Assembly: GCA_039811165.1 (NCBI GenBank)
Contig: JBDHYC010000012.1
Coordinates: 19,090-83,089, forward strand
DNA length: 64,000 nt
Source of the DNA: Chitinophagaceae bacterium
GTDB taxonomy: Bacteria > Bacteroidota > Bacteroidia > Chitinophagales > Chitinophagaceae
Direction: 5' to 3'
Both the position numbers and the translations under genes were made by a program. Positions 29,172 through 39,621 of this stretch are shown piece by piece; position 1 is the first letter of the stretch, and every line of letters begins with the position of its first letter. The notes under the pieces are model-generated. The model had not been told where the DNA came from and ran no database searches. It worked only from the letters and a program-made list of their open reading frames with translations.

Positions 29172-30290
29172 TTACTGCTTTTTACCTTCTTCCTTATTTC
29201 CCGGGGATTTTATTGTGTCGTTTACAATATCTGCTAAAATGACTTTTGAATCCGGCTTTAAACTCAGCAACCCTGTCAGCAAAATAGTATCTCCGGCTTT
29301 AATGCCTTCTGTAATTTCAACACTGGAAGAATCACGATAACCTGTTGTTACGTCAACAAATTTTGCAACGCCATCATTGTAGAGATATATTTTTTTCCCA
29401 CGGGCCTGGGGAATGATAGCCTGGGAGGGCACTGTAATGGCATTGGGATTTGGCTGAAAATCTAAAGATACTTTTGCAAATTTTCCGGGGATCAGATCAG
29501 ACTGGTTGCCCTGCACGGCTGCCCGGACTTGTAGTGTTCTGGTAGCTTCAATGACGCTTGCTTGTGTCGCAATGACTCTTGCCTTGTATGCTTTGTTGTT
29601 CCCTTCTACTGAAAAATCCAGTGGTTGCCCGATTTTGATTTGGGTTGAATATTTTTCAGGAACTGTAAAATCAATTCTCATTTGATTGAGTTGGGTAATA
29701 TTGGTCAGCGTAACTGTAGGGCTTACAAATGCTCCCGAACTTACCAATTTCAAACCCAGTCTACCATCGAAGGGAGCTCTTATTTCTGTTTTAGTAATAC
29801 CGGCTTTGGTAACTTCAATATCTGCTTTGATGTTGTTTACATTTAAAAGGCTTGCATCATAATCCTGCTGGCTGATACCTTGAATGTTTAATAACTGTGA
29901 AGATCGTTGTTCATTTTGCTGGGCTATTTGTAATTGTACCTGCAACTTATTTAAAGTTGCTTGCAGGTCTCCGTCATATAATTTTGCCAGCAAGGTACCT
30001 TTAGCAACAAACTTTCCTTCATTAATATTAAGGTAAGTGATTCGTCCTGAAATTTCCGGGTGAATTTCTGTTGCTTCATTGGCCACCAGAGTGCCGGGGA
30101 TTACGATTTTTTCAGTTAGGGTGACTTTGTGAACCACGAACCCGTCAGCACGAACACCCATAGACTTTCTTGAGTCAGCTGGTCTTGGACCTGCCTGGTT
30201 TTTTTGTTTTTTGTCTGAACAGCCAACTGTAAATAAGAGAAAACCAATAATTCCGGGGGCAAAAATTAAAAATTTCATGAATGTCTTCAC
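29172..30290 (-). CDS. RND efflux periplasmic adaptor (membrane fusion protein), lipoprotein
   Basis: 372 aa with lipobox FTVGCS and biotinyl-lipoyl/coiled-coil/beta-barrel MFP-like regions. It sits upstream of the pump. Confidence 0.88.
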   Translation of the reverse strand: MKTFMKFLIFAPGIIGFLLFTVGCSDKKQKNQAGPRPADSRKSMGVRADGFVVHKVTLTEKIVIPGTLVANEATEIHPEISGRITYLNINEGKFVAKGTLLAKLYDGDLQATLNKLQVQLQIAQQNEQRSSQLLNIQGISQQDYDASLLNVNNIKADIEVTKAGITKTEIRAPFDGRLGLKLVSSGAFVSPTVTLTNITQLNQMRIDFTVPEKYSTQIKIGQPLDFSVEGNNKAYKARVIATQASVIEATRTLQVRAAVQGNQSDLIPGKFAKVSLDFQPNPNAITVPSQAIIPQARGKKIYLYNDGVAKFVDVTTGYRDSSSVEITEGIKAGDTILLTGLLSLKPDSKVILADIVNDTIKSPGNKEEGKKQ

Positions 30291-30426
30291 CGTATGATTA
30301 GGTTATTTGAATAATGCAATAAAGATACAGGGATAATCGCTTTCTTTTGACGCTAAAAGGGGAATATTCTCTTCTTATGTTGACGAAAAAATTATGAAAA
30401 GTATTTTGAACGGCTAAAAGACAATT

Positions 30427-31566
30427 TTATGACTTAGTTATTAAAGTTCTTTTTACTTTGTTGGCCTTATGCAACAAGTCATGCTTTTCTTTGCTGATAA
30501 TTGTTATGTGCCCCATTTTTCTTCCGGGCCGGGTTTGTTTTTTACCGTACAAATGCAAGTAAGCATTTTCAATTTCTAATACCTCATTCATTCCTTCATA
30601 AATTACATCTCCGGAATAATTATTGGCGCCAATAATATTGACCATTATAGAGGGAAGGATGATCGCCGGATTTCCAAGAGGATATCCCAATATGATGCGC
30701 CAGAGCATATCAAACTGGGAACTGTAATGAGCTTCAATGGTGTGATGCCCGCTATTATGCACCCGGGGTGCTGTTTCGTTTACAAATACGTTTCCGGTTT
30801 TGTCCAGAAACATTTCTACTGCAAACAGCCCGGGAGAATTGAAATTTTTTGCAACAGCTAATGCCACTGCCTCCACTTTATAAAGTATGGGTGTAGTAAG
30901 TTCCGCCGGGCAAAGCTGGTAATTCAACAGGTTCAGTACCGGGTCAAACAGCATTTCCACAGGAGGGTATAATGCCGTTTCTTTTTTTTCATTAATAGCA
31001 ACCAGCACTGCAATTTCTTTTTGAATTGAAATCATTTTTTCAAGGACCGCAGGCTGATCAAATCCTGTTTCGAGTTCTGCTTTGGTAGCAATCATTTTGA
31101 CGCCCCGCCCGTCATATCCTCCGATTGCAAGTTTATGAACGGCCGGTAAAAATTCCTGTTGTTGTTTTAGCTCTTCAAGATTTTGAGTAATCACAAAATT
31201 TGAAGTAGGAATCTGGTGAAGTCTGTAATATTCTTTTTGCTGTATTTTATCCCTTATAATTTTTAGTACTGAAGGTTTTGGAAAGACTTTAATTCCTTCC
31301 TGTTCCAGTTGCTCCAGCGCTTCCACATTTACATTTTCAATTTCTATGGTGAGGGCATCAAGTCCTTTTCCAAAATTGTAAACTTCGCTGTAGTTTTTAA
31401 TATCACCTTTAACAAAATGATGGCAAAGATGAGCTGACGGACATTCAGTGTCGTTTTCCATGATCCATGTTTCCACAGGATAATTGGCGGCTACCTGCAG
31501 GAGCATTCTTCCTAGTTGTCCGCCACCAAGAATACCGACTTTGAGTACAGAAGAAGAATTTTGCAT
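30427..31566 (-). CDS. purK: N5-carboxyaminoimidazole ribonucleotide synthase
   Basis: The track ORF extends to 31653; the likely start is the ATG at 31566 (MQNSSSVLKVGILGGGQLGRM). It has an ATP-grasp fold and ends in a GRKMGH motif. Confidence 0.92.
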   Translation of the reverse strand: MQNSSSVLKVGILGGGQLGRMLLQVAANYPVETWIMENDTECPSAHLCHHFVKGDIKNYSEVYNFGKGLDALTIEIENVNVEALEQLEQEGIKVFPKPSVLKIIRDKIQQKEYYRLHQIPTSNFVITQNLEELKQQQEFLPAVHKLAIGGYDGRGVKMIATKAELETGFDQPAVLEKMISIQKEIAVLVAINEKKETALYPPVEMLFDPVLNLLNYQLCPAELTTPILYKVEAVALAVAKNFNSPGLFAVEMFLDKTGNVFVNETAPRVHNSGHHTIEAHYSSQFDMLWRIILGYPLGNPAIILPSIMVNIIGANNYSGDVIYEGMNEVLEIENAYLHLYGKKQTRPGRKMGHITIISKEKHDLLHKANKVKRTLITKS

Positions 31567-31800
31567 GGCGCAAAGATAGGGAAGGAGGCAGGAGCCCGGG
31601 GGCGATGTTGAATAGTTTTTATAAATTTGTTCATGCGCCCTGATTATCCTCACAAATTATTTTCAGACTATCGCTCCAGTTTTGTTTTACTGATGGAGAC
31701 ACTGGCCATGTATCATTGATGGGAACCCGTTTTAAGTAAGGATTCATTCCTGCTAATTTTTATTAACGAAAACCGGCCCGGGGAATCCGGGTTTTAAATC

Positions 31801-32934
31801 ATGAAAACAACAACGATCGCTGCTACAACAATTAGTTCAAATCAGGATTTTCTCCCGTTGCTGGGAACCGATTATGTAGAGTTTTATGTAGGCAATGCCA
31901 AACAAGCGGCTCATTATTATATGAGTGCTTTCGGTTTCAAGGCGCTGGCTTATGCCGGCCCCGAAACCGGGATGAAGGATATTGTGAGTTATGCGGTCAG
32001 GCAAAATAAACTCACATTTGTTTTGACTACTGCTTTACGGATTGATAATCCCATAGCCGAGCATGTGTATCAACATGGTGATGGCGTGAAGGCTCTTGCC
32101 CTGAAGGTGGAGGATGCCGAAACTGCATGGAAAGAAACAACAAAAAGAGGAGCCAAAAGTTATTTGAAACCGCAGCATCAGGAAGATGAAAATGGTGAAG
32201 TGGTAATCAGCGGCATTCATACCTATGGTGATACGGTGCATTTATTTATTGAAAGAAAAAATTACCGGGGAGCATTTATGCCCGGTTACCGTCCCTGGGG
32301 AAACCCTCATTTTCAGCCGGCAGATACCGGGCTTCTGTATGTAGATCATTGCGTAGGAAATGTTGGCTGGAACCAGATGAACCCAAGAGTGAAATTTTAT
32401 GAAGATGTAATGGGCTTCCGGAATATTCTTTCTTTTGATGATAAGGATATTTCCACTGAATATTCGGCGCTGATGAGCAAAGTGATGAGCAACGGGAATG
32501 GGTATGTAAAATTTCCGATAAATGAACCTGCTGAAGGAAAGAAAAAATCACAGGTGGAAGAATTCCTGGAGTTTTATAATGGTGAAGGTGTTCAGCATGT
32601 GGCTATGGCAACGCACAATATTGTTCAGACGGTATCTGAATTGCAAAACCGGGGAGTTGAATTTTTGAAAGTACCCACTTCTTATTATGATTCCTTACCG
32701 GAACGTATCGGGAAAATTGATGAAGACCTGGCTCCCTTAAAAGAACTGGGAATCCTGGTAGACAGGGATGAAGAAGGTTATTTACTGCAGGTTTTCAGCA
32801 AGCCGGTACAGGACAGGCCTACCTTGTTTTTTGAAATCATCCAGAGAAAAGGGGCAAAGAGTTTTGGTAAAGGAAATTTCAAAGCATTATTTGAAGCCCT
32901 GGAAAGAGAGCAGGCCGCAAGAGGGAATTTGTGA
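31801..32934 (+). CDS. hppD: 4-hydroxyphenylpyruvate dioxygenase
   Basis: 377 aa with GVQHVA, an FFEIIQRKG..GFGKGNFKALFE-type C-terminus and two VOC modules. Confidence 0.93.
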   Translation: MKTTTIAATTISSNQDFLPLLGTDYVEFYVGNAKQAAHYYMSAFGFKALAYAGPETGMKDIVSYAVRQNKLTFVLTTALRIDNPIAEHVYQHGDGVKALALKVEDAETAWKETTKRGAKSYLKPQHQEDENGEVVISGIHTYGDTVHLFIERKNYRGAFMPGYRPWGNPHFQPADTGLLYVDHCVGNVGWNQMNPRVKFYEDVMGFRNILSFDDKDISTEYSALMSKVMSNGNGYVKFPINEPAEGKKKSQVEEFLEFYNGEGVQHVAMATHNIVQTVSELQNRGVEFLKVPTSYYDSLPERIGKIDEDLAPLKELGILVDRDEEGYLLQVFSKPVQDRPTLFFEIIQRKGAKSFGKGNFKALFEALEREQAARGNL

Positions 32935-33124
32935 TAGTCATAAAGTGAGAGGAAAAGATCTGATTACAAATCCAACGGTTCGTATTATTGCCCGTGAATT
33001 TATCGCTGCCGTATGATGTTTTTCCTCATTTAATTATAAGAATTCAAATTGTACCTTTACAAATCATTCACTTTTTTGCTGAAATAAATTTGCGGATTAT
33101 TTGTTATAAACAGAAAATGTAAAA

Positions 33125-34318
33125 ATGAAAAACCTTTTCTTAGTGTTTTTGATTTGTTGGATGGGGGCCGTGCCTTCAGAGGCACAACCGGCATTACAGA
33201 AAAGCGGTCCTTCCTATACATCGTTTATAAATTATCAGAAAAGCTTTCCCCGTGTCAATGAAGCCTGGCAACGGAAAATTGATACTTTGCAAAAGCAGTT
33301 TAAGGCTAAAGACCTGGAATGGCCGGCAAAATATATTTATATCCGTTCTTTCAAATACGACAGTCAGCTGGAGGTATGGGTAAAAAATGAATTGAAAGAA
33401 CCATTCCGCTTATTCAAAACGTATAAAGTTTGTGCACTCGCCGGCACCTTAGGCCCGAAAAGAATGGAAGGAGATTACCAGGTTCCGGAAGGGTTTTATT
33501 ATATCAATGAGTTTAATCCTAAAAGCTCTTATTACCTGTCATTAGGAATTAATTACCCCAATGCATCCGACCGGATTCTCAGTGATTCATTACAACCCGG
33601 CGGTGAAATATACATTCATGGCAGTTGCGTGACAGTGGGCTGCATTCCTGTTACCGATAAACAAATTGATGAAATTTATATCCTGGCGGCAAATGCCAAG
33701 GATCTCGGGCAGGACTTTATTCCCGTTCATATTTTCCCGATACGATATGATGTTCCAAAAAGTGTGGATTACCTGGCTAACATCACAAAAGATGATGCGT
33801 CACTGAAAAAATTTTCTGCAAAACTGGAAGGAGCATTTGATTACTTTGAAAAATATCATCAGCTACCGGTGGTTATGATTGATGATGATGGCGGATATAT
33901 GATTGATGGCGCTCCGGCAAAAAAAGCGGTGGCCGACAAGAACAAATCTGTAAAGAAAATCAAAGTGCCTGTGAAGCATCGGGTAAGAACTATCAACCAC
34001 ATGCCTCAAGCTGTTGATCAGTGGCCGCAATATCCCGGGGGAAATGAAGCTTTCATGAAGTATCTTGACAACCTGGGAAAAGAAATGGTTCCCTTTTTAC
34101 CCAAAGGGTTGAGCAAAGCCTATGTCCTGGTTGAATTTATCATAGACAGTGATGGGGTACCTGTGAATTTCAAAGTAGTCAGGGGCATGAATGATGAAGA
34201 TTTCAATGATGAATTGATTTCCCGGATGGAAAAAATGCCCGACTGGCAACCTGCCGTTTTGGATAAAAAACCGGTTCCCAAAAAAATGGCGCAAACCGTA
34301 ACGGTGGAAGACTTTTAA
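33125..34318 (+). CDS. YafK-like L,D-transpeptidase catalytic domain fused to a TonB C-terminal domain
   Basis: It has a signal peptide and the YkuD active site IYIHGSCVTVGCIPV. The C-terminal ~90 aa are TonB_C-like (QYPGGNEAFMKYL...VEFIIDSDGVPVNFKVVRG). Confidence 0.7.
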   Translation: MKNLFLVFLICWMGAVPSEAQPALQKSGPSYTSFINYQKSFPRVNEAWQRKIDTLQKQFKAKDLEWPAKYIYIRSFKYDSQLEVWVKNELKEPFRLFKTYKVCALAGTLGPKRMEGDYQVPEGFYYINEFNPKSSYYLSLGINYPNASDRILSDSLQPGGEIYIHGSCVTVGCIPVTDKQIDEIYILAANAKDLGQDFIPVHIFPIRYDVPKSVDYLANITKDDASLKKFSAKLEGAFDYFEKYHQLPVVMIDDDGGYMIDGAPAKKAVADKNKSVKKIKVPVKHRVRTINHMPQAVDQWPQYPGGNEAFMKYLDNLGKEMVPFLPKGLSKAYVLVEFIIDSDGVPVNFKVVRGMNDEDFNDELISRMEKMPDWQPAVLDKKPVPKKMAQTVTVEDF

Positions 34319-34325
34319 TAAGGGT

Positions 34326-35588
34326 TTAGTACATTAAAACCTGTACGGTTTCCGGAGTCTGTTGCTGTAAAATTATTTTCTTGCCGGCGCTTAGTTTTTC
34401 AAATAGTTCAGGAGTGTAATGACGAATCGTCAAAAGAGTCAATCCTTTTGTTACCTGTACGTCAAACAAATCTGCAGCTTTCAATGATAATATTTCAATT
34501 TTTTCAGGACGATCATCTAAAACTGCAATACAACTGATAGCTGCATTTTGTGTGAGGTTAGGTTTTATTTTCAGCTTCTCAAAAATTTGATTTAATTCAA
34601 TAAGATGATGTTCGCCGATAAAAGAAAAATCTTTAGTCTTTAATTGAAGCATTACCTGTTTTTCTTTCAGCACAATAATAGGAGGCAGGTTTTTCAGCGA
34701 ATGGTTATGAATGAAGGTTCCGGGTAAAGATGGATTGAGAAAACATTTTACATATAGGGGGATGTTTTTATTTTGTAAGGGTTTAATCGTTTTGGGGTGA
34801 ATGACCTGTGCTCCGTAAAAAGCCATTTCAATGAGCTCGGCATAATTTAATTCCGAAATGGGTTTGGCATCGGAAAATTGTTTGGGATCGGCATTCATTA
34901 CGGCTTCTACATCTTTCCAGATGGACACCTGTTCCGCCGCTAACAGGTTTGCAAAAACGGCAGCGGTATAATCACTGCCTTCTCTTCCCAGTGTTGTACT
35001 TTCATTTTCGTCTGTAGAGCTGATGAATCCCTGGGTGACAATTTTATCAGTATCTCTGAAAAGAGGAACAATAACAGATTCAACTTTAGACCGGGAAAAA
35101 TTCCAATCAATAGATGCATCACGGAAATTATTGTCGGTATGAAGTATATCTCTTACATCAATCCATTTATTTTGTATTCCGGTTTCATTGAGATAAGCGC
35201 TGATAATGGTTGTAGAAAGTAATTCGCCGATACATACCACCTGGTCATAATAAAAATCAAAATCACGGACCGGGCTGCCATGCAGCAGCCATTCTGCTTC
35301 AGTGAAAAAATCCTTTAATTGTTTTTCACAATCCAGATAATGGGTGACAAGCAGATATTTTGCAGTGTTAAGATGCTGCATCCTGACTTGTTCGAATAGT
35401 TCAAGTGCGATTTTATTCTCACCATTAAAAAATGATTCAGCCACTTTTTCCAGGGCATTGGTGGTTTTGCCCATTGCTGAAATAACCACCATGATCTTTT
35501 CACCGGGAAATTGTTTGAGAATGGTGCCCATGTTTTTGATCCGTTCCACACTGTTAACTGAAGCACCACCGAATTTAAAAACCTTCAT
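34326..35588 (-). CDS. lysC: Aspartate kinase
   Basis: 420 aa starting MKVFKFGGASV, with the GREGSDYTA motif and a C-terminal ACT region. Confidence 0.9.
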   Translation of the reverse strand: MKVFKFGGASVNSVERIKNMGTILKQFPGEKIMVVISAMGKTTNALEKVAESFFNGENKIALELFEQVRMQHLNTAKYLLVTHYLDCEKQLKDFFTEAEWLLHGSPVRDFDFYYDQVVCIGELLSTTIISAYLNETGIQNKWIDVRDILHTDNNFRDASIDWNFSRSKVESVIVPLFRDTDKIVTQGFISSTDENESTTLGREGSDYTAAVFANLLAAEQVSIWKDVEAVMNADPKQFSDAKPISELNYAELIEMAFYGAQVIHPKTIKPLQNKNIPLYVKCFLNPSLPGTFIHNHSLKNLPPIIVLKEKQVMLQLKTKDFSFIGEHHLIELNQIFEKLKIKPNLTQNAAISCIAVLDDRPEKIEILSLKAADLFDVQVTKGLTLLTIRHYTPELFEKLSAGKKIILQQQTPETVQVLMY

Positions 35589-35791
35589 TCAATGAAAATG
35601 ATTTGTTGATTTTTAGAATGGGGTAAAGATACGCAGAGTTTGAAAGCTTCAAACTGCCGGGTATAAAGTTTAGAAGCTGGTATAAATTACTTGTGATTCC
35701 AGGCTTGCTTAAAAATTTCAGAATCGCAAAAAGGGAAATCTTTTACGACAATCTCTTTTAATAATGTCTTCTATAAATTTCTGGCCCGCAA

Positions 35792-36553
35792 TTACAATTC
35801 TCTCAGCCATATATTTTTGAAACTGATCGGTTTGCTGTCGTCTCCATGTGCCTGCAATTTTATAGAAGATGCTCCGTGAGATTTATAAGAAGGTTTCCCG
35901 ATGTATAATGTAGGCCCTTTCAACTCCACATTATTTTGCACCAGTATGCCATTATGAAATGCAGTTACACGGGCGGGGCTTTTTAAACTTCCGTCTTCAT
36001 TGAACCGGGGTGCTGTCCAGATGATATCATACGCCTGCCATTCGCCGGGTTTTTTACAGGCATTCACCAGGGGAGGATATTGCTTATAAACACTGGCTGC
36101 CTGACCGTTCACATAGGTTTCATTATTGTAGTTGTCTAATATCTGGATTTCATAGCCTGCATCACCGGCACCGGTGGAAGCAAGAAACACGCCGCTGTTT
36201 CCCCGGCCCTGGCCGGAACCCGTTATACCTAACGGAATACGATATTCAAGGTGTAACTGGTAATCCAGGAATTTTTTCCTCGTCTGAATATTACCGGCAT
36301 TTTTATTAACCGTCATAATGCCATCAGCAACATCCCATCCGGCAGCTTTTGTTGTATCTCTTACCGACTCCCATTGATCCAGGTTTTTGCCGCCAAATAA
36401 AACGAGAGCATCTGAAGGAGCAGCACTGCAAATTTTTCCCGGAGTTACAATTTTTGGAACCGGGCTCCACACTTCAGTAAGCTTGGGATCTCCCTGTTGT
36501 GCCACCATTTGTTGAGTAACCAATAGTGATGCAGCAAAAACTATTTTTTTCAT
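35792..36553 (-). CDS. Secreted DUF1080 (3-keto-disaccharide hydrolase-like) protein
   Basis: 253 aa with a signal peptide and a typical DUF1080 C-terminus (...FKNIWLREL). Confidence 0.7.
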   Translation of the reverse strand: MKKIVFAASLLVTQQMVAQQGDPKLTEVWSPVPKIVTPGKICSAAPSDALVLFGGKNLDQWESVRDTTKAAGWDVADGIMTVNKNAGNIQTRKKFLDYQLHLEYRIPLGITGSGQGRGNSGVFLASTGAGDAGYEIQILDNYNNETYVNGQAASVYKQYPPLVNACKKPGEWQAYDIIWTAPRFNEDGSLKSPARVTAFHNGILVQNNVELKGPTLYIGKPSYKSHGASSIKLQAHGDDSKPISFKNIWLREL

Positions 36554-36562
36554 ATACGTTGT

Positions 36563-36838
36563 TTAAAATCTGACAATACTGAATTGAATAAACTCCTGTA
36601 AAGGTAAATGCTTAATTTCTGTTCTGTTTACAATGGCTTTTGGCGGGCCTTGCTTACACCACCGGGCTAATTGATCCAGTTGTTCTGCTGTACCGGTAGC
36701 AATAATTTCCACAGTTCCGTCTCGCAGGTTTTTCACTTCTCCCGTAATATTCAATTGTTGTGCAATTTCTTTTGTGCTTTGTCTGAAGTAAACGCCTTGC
36801 ACTTTACCAAAGACAATAATTGAAATGGTTTGTAACAT
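36563..36838 (-). CDS. acyP: Acylphosphatase
   Basis: 91 aa with motifs GKVQGVYFRQ and GEVKNLRDGTVEI. Confidence 0.9.
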   Translation of the reverse strand: MLQTISIIVFGKVQGVYFRQSTKEIAQQLNITGEVKNLRDGTVEIIATGTAEQLDQLARWCKQGPPKAIVNRTEIKHLPLQEFIQFSIVRF

Positions 36839-36841
36839 ACG

Positions 36842-37315
36842 TTAAAAAGAGATGAATGAAACTATTTCTTCGAGAAATTGCTGATCCGTTTTGTCAAATT
36901 GATTTGTTTGCAGGCTGTCTGCATCCAACACTCCCACTACGAGGTGATTCCGGATAATGGGAACTACAATCTCTGACCGGGATAAGCTGCTGCAGGCAAT
37001 ATGCCCCGGAAATTTTTCTACATCCGGCACAATCAATGTTTCAGCTTTTTGCCAGCTGGTACCGCAAACACCTCTTCCTTTTTTTATTCTTGTGCAGGCT
37101 ACCGGGCCCTGGAAAGGTCCCAACACCAACTCATCCTTTTTAACAAGATAAAATCCAATCCATAGCCAGTTGAATTGTTCTTTCAATGCACCGCAGATAT
37201 TGGCAAGGTTGGCTATCAGGTCCGGTTCTCCATCCAGCAAACCTTTTATTTGCGGAATCAGCGATTGATATTGTTCTGTCTTATTACCTATAATAATTTT
37301 TAAATCTTCTGACAT
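36842..37315 (-). CDS. GAF domain protein (free methionine-(R)-sulfoxide reductase family-like)
   Basis: The track ORF extends to 37363, inside the palindromic element; the ATG at 37315 (MSEDLKI) is more likely. The GAF motif FQGPVACTRI..GRGVCG is present. Confidence 0.75.
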   Translation of the reverse strand: MSEDLKIIIGNKTEQYQSLIPQIKGLLDGEPDLIANLANICGALKEQFNWLWIGFYLVKKDELVLGPFQGPVACTRIKKGRGVCGTSWQKAETLIVPDVEKFPGHIACSSLSRSEIVVPIIRNHLVVGVLDADSLQTNQFDKTDQQFLEEIVSFISF

Positions 37316-37357
37316 GGAGCAAAGGTATGTTGAAATGCAGGATGCTTTAAAAAATTG

Positions 37358-37434
37358 AACCACTAAGGGGCAAAGTCACGAAGGTTGCACGAAGAAAATC
37401 TTGTGATACTTAAAGCCTTTGAGCCTTTGTGGTT
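37358..37434. repeat. 77-nt imperfect palindromic intergenic element, copy 2
   Basis: The sequence is AACCACTAAGGGGCAAAGTCACGAAGGTTGCACGAAG...CTTTGAGCCTTTGTGGTT. It has the same length, termini and arm periodicity as 11586-11662. Confidence 0.75.
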
Positions 37435-37455
37435 ATAATAAGAAATAACGGCTGC

Positions 37456-39621
37456 CTAAATTTCCATCGCCATTGCCGGATCGCTTACACTATGTTTCCC
37501 GGTTTCCACCCTGCCTGCAAAGCGGTGCAGAAATCCTGATTTCATTTTCACTGAAAAATCATACCAGTTTCCACTGGGTTCCAGGTTGCGATACAATTTT
37601 ATATTCTTACCGGGTTCAATGGAAATGATTTCTTTTTTTGCGTAGCTATAAGCGTTGGATAAAATTTCTGCTTTTAACTTTACCCCGGTGTTATTGTTGA
37701 TGGATATATAAATACCGCCCTTTCCGGAATCATATTCAGGAGCAACAGTAGGTTCATTCTTATTAATGTTTCCGGAAAATTTTTGAAAATAGCCATTGGG
37801 TCCGTACACTTCCAGTTCATATGATCCTTTATTTTCTGAAACATTCCATTCATCCTGTAAGGATTTACCTGCCTCTACTGTATAGCGCCGGGGAATCATA
37901 TCGAGCCGGTGCATATTATACACATGATATACTGCTCCTTTGCTGCCTTTGTTTTCAAATATCAATTGAACTTGTTTTTCGTTTCTGAGATATTTTATGC
38001 TGCAATGTAAACGGTATGCTAATGCCCTCGAAAAACGGCTTCCCTTTTCCTGGAATAATTTTGATGGTTTTTCAGGAGCTGTTGCCTTAGGAAGTTTTTT
38101 TGATTTTTCGTCCAGTATTTCAAAATTGGAAGTATCCGGCAAGGATGGGAATTTAGGATCGTTTGGATTTTCAAAATCAAATGCTGAAGTAAGATCGCTG
38201 CTGATAGCACGATGCCAGGGTGAAATAGCCGGAACTATAACACCAAATCTTTTTTCTATAAACTGAGCCACGGAAGTGTGATCTGCAATTTCAGAATGGA
38301 TCCATCCGCCCTTGCTCCAGGGAGAGATGATATACATCGGGACCCGTGGGCCTAAGCCCCAGGGACGAATGTTTCCTGAAATAGTATCCCGTTTATCCTG
38401 GTAAATACGGGTGTTGTTAGGTTTGCCCAGGTTGTATGGAAATACAGAAGTTCCTTTATCATTATTAAAATACATTCCATCCAGTTTCAATGTTGATTTA
38501 CCCGCAAGCGAACCATCAATGTTGTAAGAAGGAACCGCAGGGGCAGGCAAATGATCGAAGAGCCCGTCGTTTTCATCAAAGGTTAAAAAGAAAACAGTTT
38601 TACTCCATACTTCAGGATTAGATGTAATAGCTGCTAAAACATGATGAGTAAAATCGGAAGCACGGTAAGGACTAGAAGGTGCACTGGGATGTTCTGAATT
38701 TATTTGTGATGGCAAGACCCAACTTACCTGGGGCAGTTTATTATTTTTTACATCGTTGGCTAAATCATTTATTGACCAGTGACGCATTCCGTTTTCATAA
38801 ATGGGAGAACCTTTTTTTGCATTGCGGAAACTTTCAAAAGCGAGACAGCCATGCATGGCTCCTGTCCAGTTATCATTAGGATCCTGGTAAATACGCCAGC
38901 TGATGCCTGCATCCTGCAAAACGTCAGGAATGGTGGGCCACTTAAAAGCATTTCCCCGGTATGTGTAACCCGGTTCGGGCATTGTACCTGTAATCCAGCA
39001 ACGCAGATTTACAGGCTCCGAGTCTTCATCGGTGCAATTAATTCCTGCTGCTCTTTTCTCCGGGTTAAAATTGGAACCGGACCAAAACATAATTCTATTG
39101 GGATCGGTACCGGTTGCAATGGAACAATGATAGGCATCACTAATGGTAAACGCTTCAGCCATGGCATATTGATAAGGAATTTCCTCACGGGTATAATAGG
39201 CCATGGAATAAGGTGTTTTAAATAAAGGCCAGAAACCGTATTTGCCCTGGTTCCAGGCAGCTTGTGTATCCTGGAAATCATGTGGTGTACCATTAATCAA
39301 TGCTGCATTTGTTTTTTTACCATTGGCCCTGTAAGGAGTGATAATTCTTTTTCCATCAGATTGGTCAAACATTCTTCTACCACTTTCTAAAGGAATCGGA
39401 AAACGATCCCCGAAACCACGAACTCCTCTCATGGCGCCAAAGTAATGATCGAAAGAGCGGTTTTCCTGCATCAGGATTACGATATGTTGAACGTCGTTAA
39501 TAGAACGGGATACATTATATGCTTCTACAGCCAGCGCTTTTTCCAACAACGATCCCCAAAGGGCAGCAATGCCGGCGCCTGCAGATATTTTTATAAATTT
39601 TCTTCTTTGAAGTTTTGACAT
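37456..39621 (-). CDS. Phosphocholine-specific (non-haemolytic) phospholipase C, Tat-exported
   Basis: 721 aa with twin-arginine signal MSKLQRRKFIKISAGAG. It has a phosphoesterase-family N-domain (ENRSFDHYFG) and tandem C-terminal DUF756-like repeats. Confidence 0.85.
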   Translation of the reverse strand: MSKLQRRKFIKISAGAGIAALWGSLLEKALAVEAYNVSRSINDVQHIVILMQENRSFDHYFGAMRGVRGFGDRFPIPLESGRRMFDQSDGKRIITPYRANGKKTNAALINGTPHDFQDTQAAWNQGKYGFWPLFKTPYSMAYYTREEIPYQYAMAEAFTISDAYHCSIATGTDPNRIMFWSGSNFNPEKRAAGINCTDEDSEPVNLRCWITGTMPEPGYTYRGNAFKWPTIPDVLQDAGISWRIYQDPNDNWTGAMHGCLAFESFRNAKKGSPIYENGMRHWSINDLANDVKNNKLPQVSWVLPSQINSEHPSAPSSPYRASDFTHHVLAAITSNPEVWSKTVFFLTFDENDGLFDHLPAPAVPSYNIDGSLAGKSTLKLDGMYFNNDKGTSVFPYNLGKPNNTRIYQDKRDTISGNIRPWGLGPRVPMYIISPWSKGGWIHSEIADHTSVAQFIEKRFGVIVPAISPWHRAISSDLTSAFDFENPNDPKFPSLPDTSNFEILDEKSKKLPKATAPEKPSKLFQEKGSRFSRALAYRLHCSIKYLRNEKQVQLIFENKGSKGAVYHVYNMHRLDMIPRRYTVEAGKSLQDEWNVSENKGSYELEVYGPNGYFQKFSGNINKNEPTVAPEYDSGKGGIYISINNNTGVKLKAEILSNAYSYAKKEIISIEPGKNIKLYRNLEPSGNWYDFSVKMKSGFLHRFAGRVETGKHSVSDPAMAMEI

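Noticed and set aside
35589-35791. Possible lysine riboswitch or leader upstream of aspartate kinase
   Set aside because: I found only a 7-bp hairpin (AGTTTGA/TCAAACT, ~35639-35657). I saw no L-box-like conserved core and no terminator/antiterminator pair.
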